Below are positions 42,664 to 55,885 of a DNA stretch of 64,000 nt, piece by piece (within the stretch, counting starts at the first letter, position 1; each line of letters begins with the position of its first letter). The DNA comes from the human T2T-CHM13v2.0 reference genome, Homo sapiens. The stretch lies in NCBI RefSeq assembly GCF_009914755.1, contig NC_060929.1. One strand, given 5' to 3'. A program made the position numbers and the translations under genes. The notes under the pieces were generated by a model. The model saw only the letters and a list, made by a program, of their open reading frames with translations. It was not told where the DNA came from and did not search any database.

Positions 42664-45069
42664 TCAATAAAGCTATTTTTTAAGTAGTTGTGAAGAATGA
42701 GCAGAACATGCCCTTTTCATCTAGCATCAGGCAATGGAAGAAGATATTTCAACTGACATTAGGCACATAAAGAAAGCACTTTGCTGTAATATTATCCTGA
42801 GGTGCAGTGCCTTCAGGACTATACAGAGCAGTAGCAAGGTAATCCCCACTAAAAATCCCCAGATCAAGGCTGTGATCAAGGAGTGATGATGAATGATCAA
42901 AACTCAAAACATGTTCAACACAATTATTAGCAACTTCCCCAAAGAAATAACCTATGTAGAGTAACTCAATTGATAAATATTTTTCAAACGTATATATGTC
43001 CATGCCTACCTATGATATTTCTAACCCCTAATTAAGTGCTGATTTGCATGATTAGCCCGGAGCAGAAAAAAAATCTTTTTATTGAAAGAGTAGAAGAGCT
43101 TAAAATTGGGGGAGAAACATCAGCATTAATCAAGAAGATCTTTGAAAATATCGACAATATAGAGAGAAGAAAACTATAGAATTGTATATACTATTGGAAG
43201 ACATAATATGAATGGAATATTTGGCATTCTTTTATCTTCAGGAATGAGAATTGGGGGTGCCATAAATACAGCAAAACTGTTATCTAATAGTGTTGTTTTA
43301 AGTAAAGGCCAAAACAGTGCATGTGTCACCCCAGGTTCTCTTGGCAACAGGGGCTCCACTGTTAAGTCATACTATTAAGTGATAATAAAACAGCAAATAA
43401 GCACTTGCAATAAAGTTCTTAGTAACTCCTTTTCTTTTAGCTAGCTCTACTTTGGAGAAAGATTTGTGGAAGAATTTGGTTTGGGAGGGAATTGTACCAC
43501 AGAAGGTTCAATAAAATAAGTTTACAAAGAACAGAATTTTAGTAATGCACATGTAATAAGTAGATTTGAGAACAAAAATTGTTTTTGTCATAGAAAAATT
43601 TCTCTTGGTGATTTGGTCAAAGTCAGCACTGATAACAAGCAACCTAGTTGGATACGTGCATTGTTGTACTGGCTCAACCCACTGCAATGACTCGAAAGCC
43701 TAATGCACATGCATAATGGCAAAAAATTATTTCCTTGACAACCTGTGTTAGTTTGGGAATGGAACATCCCAAGCAGGCTGTGTGGAGTAGCCTATTTGTG
43801 GGATGGCTCTCCCTATTCCAAGGTACTACCACGGATAAAAGGGCGTACTCAAGAGTAGAACAGAGAACACACCTCAATCATAGATAAAACTTGTGAGTCT
43901 CCTTGAGATGACCTTCCCTAGAATACTACAGATGTCTATTTATTTGTATGATCTGTGACTTTATCGTCTCTTTTCTACCCATAATGCACCCACCTAGATA
44001 TTTACTGAGTAGAAATGACAATCATGTTTATTTTATTCACCTCACTAATCTGCAGCTAGAACTTAGCATGTTAGCTAATACATCGTTTCAAAATAAATTT
44101 TTATACAATTAATTAATAATAAAAAGAGAAAATGTAATTTAAAGTATGACTCAAATGTATTTTTCCTTCACTTCTATTTTCTATTGCATGTGATTCTGTT
44201 GCCTTTAAAACTAGAATTTTATCATTTTATGGATGTTTCAATAAAGGGTTTATTTGGCTAAAACCAATCAAACATCAAACACTGATGTTGTAATTGATTG
44301 TCGCATCCATATTCTGCTCCCCAACCCTCCCAAAATGCTGATGTACTGACCCCAGGTTTCCACCCTTGAACAACTTTCTCCTCCTTGCTGGAAGATGTCA
44401 TCTTTGTCCACAGTTCTAATGATCACTTTCAATCAATAGATTCCCAAATGTTACCTACCTTTAGCCCATATTATGAGCTGCAGGTCTGTATATCCATCTA
44501 CTTTATCTTCCCTGGATGTCTACAGTCTTCTCAAATACACATTTAAGCTCACCATCTTTTCTATAAACTAGTTATCTTAATCTATTCACAACATCTGTGA
44601 AGAGCAATGCTTTTTTTCCCAATCACCTAATCCAGAAACCTGAAAATCACCCTGGGTACCTTCATTTTCTAGACTCTCTCCATGCTTACAATCATCACAC
44701 TGTCTTGTCTATTTCACCTATCCTTTATTTATTGTCTTCACATCTTAGTTCAAAAGATCATCATTTTTGCTTGGATTGTAGCAGCATCCTTGACTCACAG
44801 CTTGTCCTTTCAATTAACCTCCTGCTGTGTTGCCAGAATCATTTTGCTAAAAATATAAAACTGATTATGCCACTCCCCTGCTTAAAATATGTCAGCAGTT
44901 CAAGACTCCTTGGTAAGGCATAAAATGTTCTCTATGATCTTGCCCTTACCAACCTATCCAGCATCTTCTCCTGCTACACTTCAACATATTCCCCATTATC
45001 AAGTTACCTCTTTTGAACATATTTTAACCTCTGCCTCAGATACCAACATCTCACCTCCCAAGCCTACCC

Positions 45070-45736
<667 letters not shown>

Positions 45737-46527
45737 CTCCTTTTTATTGTTTTTAAAACAGTACTACTAACATTTAACTTGCACATTACAGCCATCCTTT
45801 AAGATTCAGCTCAGGCATCACCTCAATGGGACATCTTTTTTGTCTATGTGGTTTCAATCTGTACATCTGTCTGAGAGCACGTATCAAGCAATTACAATTG
45901 TATACCTTTTTTTCCTCAGACATTCTCAATTGGCTAGACTCTCTGAGGATTGAGGCTATATATTGTTAACAAATTCCCAGTCCCTATGTTGAGTAGGGTC
46001 TGCCTTAGAGCAGTTATATAAATATTTATTGAGTAAATCAATGAGTGAATGAGTGAGTGAATAAACTTTAATAGAGAAAAACTGTCCCAACAAGACTCTC
46101 TTTCAGAAAGTTCCTCTATTTAATCAAAAGGTAAGCTGACCCAATTTCAATCTAAGGCAAACTTTAACATATTACATCTTATATCTGAAAAAAATTAAAG
46201 CTTTACATATTCTTGCAAATCCTCTGAGATATGATTTCCTCTGAAGCCTGTGGATCTCATTCTACCCGACAATGGGAACACAAAGGAAAGCTGATTCTGT
46301 GAACCCTAAGCCTTGTAGAAGATTGTGAAACCAATTATGCTATAAATAAACATTAAAGACTTTTATCTAGAAGTTTTGTTTCTGGAAAAATAGGTCAGGA
46401 CCTAAGAAATTATTTTTGTTTACATCACTGAATTGCAATGATTACGTATACTAATTACACTGAATTACAATGATCACACATGCATATACCAATGGTATAT
46501 GGTAGAAGAAAGAAATAAACCCATTAC

Positions 46528-46960
46528 TTTTTAACTTTTTTTGTGGGTACATAGTAGGTTTATATATTTTTGGGATTATATGGGATATTGTGATACAGGC
46601 ATACAATGTGTAACAATCACATCAGGGTAAATGGGCTATCACCTCAAGCATTTATCCTTTGCATTACAAACACTCCAATTATACACTTTTAGTTATTTTA
46701 AAATGTGTAATTAAATTATTATTGACTATAATCACCCTGCTGTGCTATCAAGTACTGGATCTTATTCATGCTTTCTATTTTTTTTTGTACTCATTAACCA
46801 TCCCCACTTTCCCCTCACACCCCTACTACCCTTCTCAGCCTCTGATATCCATCATTCTAGTCTCTATCTCCATGAGTTCAATTGTTTTAATTTTAGCTCC
46901 CACAGATAAGTAAGAACATGTAAAGTTTATCCATCCATGCCTGGTTTATTTCACTTAACA
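46528..46960 (-). mobile_element. L1MA (MA2/MA3-like) 3' end
   Basis: tttgtgggtacatagtagg..gatacaggcatacaatgtgtaacaatcacatcagggtaaatgg..cacctcaagcatttatcctttg. Confidence 0.88.
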
Positions 46961-47419
46961 AAACATGAAAATGCATACAATTACTGATTCATAATTTGGG
47001 AGTAATTTTTTTTCTATGAGATTGTACTTCCACACATACTGTATATTATACTGGATTTTCATTTTAGAATAAAACAGAGCATTCTACTTGTTGAAAGGAA
47101 ACATTGATGAAACAAATACCTGGTGAGCTAGCACAACTTAACTAGCTACTGGCCTGCAGGAAGGAAGCTATGAGAATCATGAATCTTCTCTACTCAAGGA
47201 CGTCTTGAGCCCAGGAGATGGCTTGTATTATACTTAGCATCAATGCCCTGGATGACCTGCCATGTACTGTCTTCCTAATGAATTTCACTACAGATTAGAT
47301 GCTTTAACAATGCATAACTTTCAGAATGAAAAGAGTTTTTAAAAGTCTGTGTCAAGTTCTGATTGTCCAGAATTAACAGGTCATCTAAAACATATCATTT
47401 TTCAAGAACTATAAAGTGG

Positions 47420-47610
47420 CAGTAGCTAATTTTTGAGTGGTTACTCTGTACTAGGTTCTGTATAAGTGATCTCATTAAATCCTCATTTGGGTACTACTTT
47501 TATCCCCACTTTGCAGATGAGGAGACCATGACTTGGAGGGTTTAAATCAACTGTGTAAGAGCTTATGGTGCTGGATCCCTTTAATACTACACCATTCTGC
47601 CAGTCCCCAT
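47420..47610 (-). mobile_element. MIR SINE
   Basis: tctcattaaatcctca..ttatccccactttgcagatgaggagac. Confidence 0.7.
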
Positions 47611-48280
47611 AATATTTCCAGAGGACTTGGATGATATCTCGAAATTGAAGACGGGTTTTAATTTTCATATCATTTAACTCTCTGCTGCTTCGAACATTAA
47701 GTTTGAGGATAATATCCTGGCAAGAGTTCTTGGTTTTTTTGGGCAAATCCAGCCCTGACTTACTGTGTTTGATTAGCATAGTATTTAAGGAAACTATTTT
47801 TATTGCTTTGATGTTGGGGAGGTATTCTCCAGCCCCATGTAACCATTCCTTATAGTCATATACCCTTGTAAATCAAACATTATTATTGTAATAGCCTCTG
47901 AAGACATTTTAGTTTATTATGTCTCCCAACAAACACAATCAACAGCATTTCTACCCACAAGATCTCCTTGGTTCCCCTCAATATACTTCTGTTATCCTTT
48001 CAAATAGTCTTAATTTCATTGTCAGGGCCCAAAATCGTTTCATCTTTTTAATTCTTTAATAGAAATCTCCTTTACCTCCAACTATGCTAATAGAGTCGTA
48101 ACATGTATTCATTTAATATGACTTTTTTTGTAAGTTATATTGTAATTTTAATGGACAAAGACACAGAAGAAACCAATCTCACAGGGTAGAATTTCAGACT
48201 GTCAGGTTAAAGTAAGGTATTTTTCAAGGTATGGGGCTTTTAGGGAGCTTCTGAAATCCTATCTTTCTGGTATCAATTTC

Positions 48281-48394
48281 TTTTTATTTTTTATTTCATT
48301 TTTTTATTTATTTTATTTTATTTTATTTATTATTATACTTTAAGATTTAGGGTACATGTGCACAATGTGCAGGTTAGTTACATACGTATACATG
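48281..48394 (-). mobile_element. L1PA 3' terminus (65 nt) with poly(T) tail, antisense
   Basis: T-rich tail 48281-48329, then ttattatactttaagatttagggtacatgtgcacaatgtgcaggttagttacatacgtatacatg. Confidence 0.93.
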
Positions 48395-49016
48395 GAACAC
48401 TTTTACGCTGTTGGTGGGACTGTAAACTAGTTCAACCATTGTGGAAGTCAGTGTGGCGATTCCTCAGGGATCTAGAACTAGAAATACCATTGACCCAGCC
48501 ATCCCATTACTGGGTATATACCCAAAGGACTATAAATCATGCTGCTATAAAGACACATGCACACATATGTTTATTGCGGCATTATTCACAATAGCAAAGA
48601 CTTGGAACCAACCCAAATGTCCAAAAATGATAGACTGGATTAAGAAAATGTGGCACATATACACCATGGAATACTATTCAGCCATAAAAAATGATGAGTT
48701 CATGTCCTTTGTAGGGACATGGATGAAATTGGAAATCATCATTCCCAGTAAACTATCGCAAGAACAAAAAACCAAACACCACATATTCTCACTCATAGGT
48801 GGGAACTGAACAATGAGAACACATGGACACAGGAAGGGGAACATCACACTCTGGGGACTGTTGTGGGGTGGGGGGACGGGGGAGGGATAGCATTGGGAGA
48901 TATACTTAATGCTAGATGACGAGTTAGTGGGTGCAGCGCACCAGCATGTCACATGTATACATATGTAACTAACCTGCACCTTGTGCACATGTACCCTAAA
49001 ACTTAAAGTATAATAA
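48394..49016 (+). mobile_element. L1PA2-like 3' segment (ORF2 C-terminus remnant plus 3' UTR), no poly(A)
   Basis: ORF 48441..48809 ends in the L1 ORF2p C-terminus (PAIPLLGIYPKDYKSCCYKDTC..HIFSLIGGN); GAG diagnostic at 48921-48923 (not the Ta-type ACA); G-rich tract 48853-48886. Confidence 0.95.
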
Positions 49017-50458
49017 TCTTTTTTTAAAAAAGCCTAGAAATGCCCACAATCCTACTGCCGACCATTGTCTGTGGGGTTAATTTACTCTATTAATTAAATC
49101 GTTGATACTTTCTTCAGCTAAATTGGAAACAAGAAATGTACTTGATGATTTTTCTTCTTATATTTATAATACAGAAAGGATTCCTGCTTTATTTTTATCT
49201 CTTTTAAGTACTTTGTCCATTTCTCAGAAAAAATACTGATTTAAGTAATATATTTGAGAAATAGATTTATCTCGGTAGTAATTAGTGTGCTGTAATTTAC
49301 TTATACATAATTAAACTTGTTATCTGGTTCTAAAATTTTCCTGAAAATTTTCATTTTATAGGTCAAAATTCTATAAAATAATGTCAGAGAAAGTATAGAT
49401 AATGTTTAACAATGCATGATTTATTTTTTGTTTGTTTTCTTTTATGTAAAGCGCTAGTGACAGAGAAATTTTTTCTAATTACTTTAACAGAATTTTTTTG
49501 GAGTATTTTTATAATCTATAAAAGATATATCTTCCATGCCAGAGAGTAACCATATCACAATGAAAACATTAGCCTTTCTGACAATTTCAACTTTTTAATC
49601 TTTTAGAATTTAGATCAAATTGCTTGAATCGACAGTCTCTACCTAATCCCTCCAAATTCTGGAAGCTTTGCACATTATCGTCTTAGCATTTAATGGAATA
49701 TAACTACACACAGTGTGGACATAAATTCCAAATACCTATAATTAAAAAGAATAAACGTATTTTTAGGGATGTGCATTCTAATACTCTACCCTAATTACTT
49801 CAGAAATTTGCTAAAATATAATAAAATGTTTAGCATGCATTTCCTTCTAGCTTCTCTAAATTACCTAAGATGCCCATTTTGGGAGGTATTTGCATATGAA
49901 ATATTTATGTTCCTTGAAATCAGTTACTTAGCTAAGGAAAAAAAAAAGCCTGTAATAAAATAAAGTGTTTAAGAGCTGAATAAATGTTTCCTACCCTCTT
50001 TGGTCAATCTATTGCAAACAGTGACTTTTAAAAGTTCACCTGACACTATTAATAGAAGTAAGTCAGTCTAAAGTTATCTACAGATTTTTAATGCAACGTT
50101 TCAAGCCAAAAAAGTCTTGATTCATCAGGAAAGCCTGAGATTATTAGTATGAAAAGGCTTTACTCACCAAAAAGATCAGTCATTATTATGTAATATTAAT
50201 ATTGATTGGACTTAGAATATCCTGGATTTTAGTGTTAGGAAAGGGTGCTGAGTAATGTAATCAGTGCCCCATAAAATCAGTATCTTTTCCAATTCTCAAT
50301 TGCATTTGTTTACATACAAAACGGGGTATTCAACTTTATAGATATGATTTAGGTAATTTAATAATGTGTGAATGAGATTTTAGCTCTGCAGTAGAAACAA
50401 GGATCTCCTTCAGTCTAGTGCTTGATATGGGTTTTTGTGCTTTAATAAAACAATGTAC

Positions 50459-50759
50459 CGCCGGGCACGGTGGCTCACGCCTGTAATCCCAGCACTTTGG
50501 GAGGCCGAGGCGGGCGGATCACGAGGTCAGGAGATCGAGACCATCCCGGCTAACATGGTGAAACCCCATGTCTACTAAAAACACAAAAAATTAGCTGGGC
50601 GTGGTGGTGGGCGCCTGTATCCCCAGCTACTCGGGAGGCTGAGGCAGGAGAATGGCATGAACCCGGGAGGCGGAGCTTTCAGTGAGCCGAGATCACGCTA
50701 CTGCACTCCAGCCTGGGCTACAGAGCGAGACTCCGTCTCAAAAAAAAAAAAAAAAAAAA
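50459..50759 (+). mobile_element. AluY, CpG-rich, A20 tail
   Basis: ggatcacgaggtcaggagatcgagaccatcccggctaac, gaatggcatgaacccgggaggcggagctt. Confidence 0.97.
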
Positions 50760-50986
50760 TGCAAGTCCTCACAATGCTATTTTCTAAATTCCTATTAGAT
50801 TTTTCAAAAGCTTAGAGAAAATGTTGTAAAATGTTTAGATAAGGTAGCTTAACATAAATATTTTTTGTTAGTTTACATTCTGAAGCTATTTCTCTCTTAC
50901 ATATACTATTTAAATGTTTCCTGATTCTTCATAGACAAAGTGCCCTGATATTTGAACTGACAAAGTGTGAAAATAGAAAGAAAAAA

Positions 50987-50988
<2 letters not shown>

Positions 50989-51018
<30 letters not shown>
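50989..51018. repeat. (AC)15 microsatellite
   Basis: Read directly. Confidence 0.95.
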
Positions 51019-51021
<3 letters not shown>

Positions 51022-51106
51022 AATTTTATTAGACGATGTTTTTATACTACTACTGGAAGTTATTTCTTGAGTATTTCTTTAATATTCTCCAAACTTGCAG
51101 ACAGGA

Positions 51107-51245
51107 AATATGTATATTATAATATATAACTATAATATAGTATAATAACTTACTATTACATTAATAATATTACATATTTAATATAATATATTATAATATT
51201 ATATTTGCATATTATAATATGTTAATAATATTACATAAGTATATC
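51107..51245. repeat. AT-rich low-complexity (TATAA/TAT) tract
   Basis: Read directly. Confidence 0.85.
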
Positions 51246-51402
51246 TTAGTAGAAATTTCCATGCCGGAAAGCTGACAGCAAATTGAACTCTTCTAAAAGC
51301 ATGAGAATAATAATCAAATTAATCTTCTGAAAGTATTTTAATCATATCCTTTCATTGTTCCCAAACAATTCATGGATTCTGTTTACCTAAGACAACAAAA
51401 GT

Positions 51403-52070
51403 CAATGGGCATTTAGGTTGATTTCATGTCTTTGCTATTGTGAGTAGTGCAGCAGTGAATAAATGCTTGTATGTCTCTTTATGGTAGAATGATTTATGTT
51501 TTTGGGGGAATATATACCATAATGGATTGCTGGGTTGAATGGTAGTTCTATCTTAAGATTTTGAGAAATCAACAAACTGCTTTTTACAGTGGCTGAACTG
51601 ATTTACATTCCTACCAGCAGTGTATAAGCATTCCTTTTCTGTGCAACCTCACCAGCATCTATCATTTTTGGATAAAGAAAATGTGGTACATATACACCAT
51701 GGAATACTATGCAGCCATAAAAAAGAATGAGATCATGTCCTTTGCAGCAACATGGATGGAGCTGGAGGCCATTATCCTAAGTGAACTAAGACAGGAACAG
51801 AAATCAAATACTACTTTTTCTCACTTATAAGTGGGAGTTAAACATTGAGTACACCTGAGTACAATAAAGGGAACAACAGAAACCAGAGTCTACTTGAGAG
51901 AGGAGGGTTTGAGGAGGGTGAGGATCAAAAACCTACTTATCAGGTACTATGCCTTACCTATGTGACGAAATAATCTGTATAACAAACTCCCACGACATGA
52001 AATTTACTTATATAACAAACGTGCACATGTAGCCCTGAAGTGAAAATAAAAGTTAAATATAAATAAAATA
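51403..52070 (+). mobile_element. L1PA15/16-like insertion with 5' inversion (twin priming)
   Basis: 51403-51668 is antisense ORF2 end; 51669-52070 is sense (tggataaagaaaatgtgg..aaataaaagttaaa); TSD caacaaaagt / aaccaaaagt. Confidence 0.9.
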
Positions 52071-52542
52071 AACCAAAAGTTCCACCAACTACTTATCCTG
52101 AAATTAAAAGCTCTGACAATACATGCTGGATCTCTGTTGGTGAATACTTTTACTGTCATTCTTATACAATTTACACATCTTGTACAATTTATACATCTTG
52201 TTTCACTGTAACACTTTTTTCTCACTCCACTTTTCCTTCACTGATTATTTACTTGTGAAATTGTACTTAACATCCAAAGAGCCTGTATAAATGCCAATTT
52301 GCGCCCAGGAAGTCTTCCATGATTTTATCCAGAGGCATTTATTTCTCAGGCTTCTAAACTTCCAAAGGGCTTTATCTCTGTCCCTCTCAGTATACTCATT
52401 ACTTTTATAAATGTTTCATTGTATTTATTTTCATACTGGCCACTAATTTCTTTAGGTAAAGCATGATCAACTCTCATATTCTTCACACTGTTGTGCATAG
52501 TAGGTGCTCAGTAAATTACTAACTGGAGCAATGCTATCATAG

Positions 52543-52900
<358 letters not shown>

Positions 52901-54439
52901 TTAACCTCTTTATACTCCCCAGGGAAAAACTAAAGAATACAAAGTATGAAAATCAATTTCTTTCAATCTTAACTATTCTGGATATATGTCTCCCCAAAAT
53001 TACCACTAAATAATGTAGGAATCATCAACAATAGGATGAAAAATATTTATTTGATTCAAAGTGAGTATGATAACAATGTTTGCTAATTCTATGATAACTC
53101 AAAAACTTAAATGTTCTCTACTTTTTTACAGTTTGGAGAAGATTTTTAAAGCAATTTGTATCTTTAAAGAAAAGATCATCAATTTCTGATGCTGTTCACA
53201 ACCACAAAGCCTGAGAAGGTGAAGGGAATGCCGTTAAATACCACTGAAGCTTAGAAAAAACGTTTCCAGACCTCATTCATTTCCTCTGTCAGTAACGAAA
53301 TACTGTGTTCAGACAATAAGAAAAGAAACCAGTAATAGAAATTGCTGCAAATTCTGTTTGTGTTGATCCTTCAAGTTCAAACCTTTCATTTCATGGGCTG
53401 TAGCTGTTAAGAAGAGAGCTGGGGGAGCCCGATTATTCATTTCTATAATTAAAGAGATACCCAGTCATTGAAATATATGCCCTTCTCTGTGACTGACAGC
53501 CGCTATGATTGGATGTTAGCAATGGGCCCCGTGGAAGATGAATTCAGGTAATCTCCATTTTTTTTCCTTCTTCTCTCAGAAAGGCCTCAAATTGACACTA
53601 ATTTTATGGTCTCAAATCCCAGAGTCCCTTGGATACTGAGAATGGAATGTAAAGAAATTCTCCTTGGTGTCAGTCAGTAACTTTCCCTTTTCTTCAGGTT
53701 ACAAAAGGCGATTGACAGGAAGAGAAGGTCTGCTCACTGCTACAACAGAGATGAACTTGAAAACTGATTGACAGACATCTCCTCTAGACCTTATTTTTTT
53801 CTCATTGTGATGATACCAGTGATGATGAAGAATAGATGATACAAGTTCATAGGAAGATAGGTACCTTTAACTGTCATTGTCAAAGTCAGATGGCACAATG
53901 GAGACACACCAACCAAAATAAAGCCAGGTCTCACTGAACAGATTTTTCCTTTTCCTCTTATCCATTCACTTAGAAAATTAAGGACAAGGAATTACAGTAC
54001 AAAGACCCCTCCCTTGTCTGTATTCTAAGAGCCCAGTCCTTCCCCAGAAAATACAGCATTCCCAACCCTTCACACTACACAGGTTGTAAATAAGCAGCAA
54101 ATATGTGTTGAGTTAAAGAAACTAAAGATACAGAAAATATATTCTCCTTCAAAAACAAAGAAGAGAAATTAACACGAGTTGACTATTTGCAGTGTTTTAG
54201 GCACAGTGAATTATATGGATGGCCAGATAGCGGCCACACACATGTGCACACTGTAAGTGCCAGGGACACACAGAGGTGGCCCCCAGAAAAGAATTAGATG
54301 CCACAGGTCTCAGTGCACATGGCTTTGCCCTGCTCAGGTGAGTCTCTCTGCGCCTGGCCAGGTCTGGAGCTTGATTTTGTGTTGCCCTACAGTCCATTTA
54401 GACTTCTACCATTATCCGGAAAAACTAGCACAATATGTG

Positions 54440-54817
54440 TGATATGGTTTGGCTGTGTCCCCACCCAAAATCTCATCTTGAATTGTAATCCATATAATCC
54501 CCAGGTGTAAAGGAAGAGACCAGGTATAGGTAATTGAATCATGGGGGTGGTTTTCCCCGTGCTGTTCTCGTGATAGTGAGTGAGTTCTCACGAGATCTGA
54601 TGGTTTTAAAGTGTTTGGTAGTTCCTCTTGCCTTCATTTTCCCTCCTGCCGCCTTGTAAAGGAAGTGCCTTGCTTCCTCTTTGCTTTTCGCCAGGATTGT
54701 AAGTTTCCTGAGGCCTCCCCAGCCATGCGGAACAGTGAGTCAATTAAAACCTCTTTCCTTTCTAAATTACCCAGTCTCTGGCAGTTCTTTATAGCAGTGT
54801 GATAACGGACTAATACA
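54440..54817 (+). mobile_element. THE1D-like solo LTR (ERVL-MaLR)
   Basis: tgatatggtttggctgtgtccccacccaaaatctcatcttgaattgtaatcc ... ggactaataca, 378 bp. Confidence 0.92.
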
Positions 54818-55756
54818 GCATGCTTCAGGGGATACATCTTCACTATGGGCGGGGCTACCTTCTTACCCAGGGGGAACAGTCAGAGTAAGTGTGCAGACAT
54901 TACCAATCACTATGTCCAGCGTCCTAGAAAGCAGTTTTCCCCAAATATAGCATTTTTCCAAGGACCAGAAAATCTAAGCAGAAAAACAAATATATTATTA
55001 GTAGTTTAAAATCTCAATTCTTTAGCTGGTAGGTAGGAGCATTGTAGGAGAAAACCTGAGTCAGATAAGCTTTGGAATATAAACCATGTGTTGTTCACTG
55101 CTCTACCCTCAGCATCCAGAAGACTTCCTAGCACATATCTGGCCTTCAGTTATTTGTTGAACTAATCAATATGCAAAAATATTTAGAATGCTGGGCCTTC
55201 TCCCAGATGTTGTTCGGGGATCAGAAAATCCAAACTAGCCCAGAAAGAGAAACTGGGTGCTTCCAGTTTCATACTGCCTTCCATTAATCACATTTCCTAC
55301 TTGATTGTTCAAGTAGGGACTTTTGTTTAATTAGCAGCAAGCATTGCAAGTTGCTAAAAACACAAGTTCAGCTCACATCCTTGCCCTTTTATCTCTACTA
55401 CCCCATTCAAATTTACTTTATATGTTCTTTTATTACAGGAGCTTCTGGTTACACCGTCTGAGGAGAGAGGATTCACTGGGAGCTGCCTTTGTCTTGCAGA
55501 TACCACCCAGGTGCAGTTCCTTAAGAACTTGTGTGTTATTTTCTTTTGTAGAAAATAGCCTGTCAAACCTGCTAAGAGAAAGAGTTCAAGGTCAAGAATA
55601 GATTAATCAGCTTTCCAAAGATACTGTCACCCAGCCCATGGATAGTTTATCTTAGCATAGACAAGAACAAGATGTCAGAAGTGCTGAAATGTTGTTCTGC
55701 CATCTACCAGCCACACCAGTAGGTGGCCTCGACAAGGGGGAAAAGAAAGGTACCCT

Positions 55757-55885
55757 TCATTCATTCATTTATTCAACAAATACATATTGAACATTTACCT
55801 CATGTAAGGTCTGTGCTATTACCTTGACTAAAGAAGTATTTATACAGTTCCTGCCTTCAAGATGCTCACAGCCTGGGCATAGAGG
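55757..55885 (-). mobile_element. L2 3' terminal fragment
   Basis: tcattcattcatttattcaacaaatacatattgaacatttac..cagttcctgccttcaagatgctcacagcct. Confidence 0.7.

Noticed and set aside
48441-48809. 122-aa ORF with a recognisable protein sequence
   Set aside because: It is the L1 ORF2p C-terminal remnant. A 1-bp deletion near 48490 fuses it to an out-of-frame N-terminus and there is no promoter, so it is not a gene.
48853-48886. G-quadruplex-forming tract
   Set aside because: A known constitutive feature of the L1PA 3' UTR
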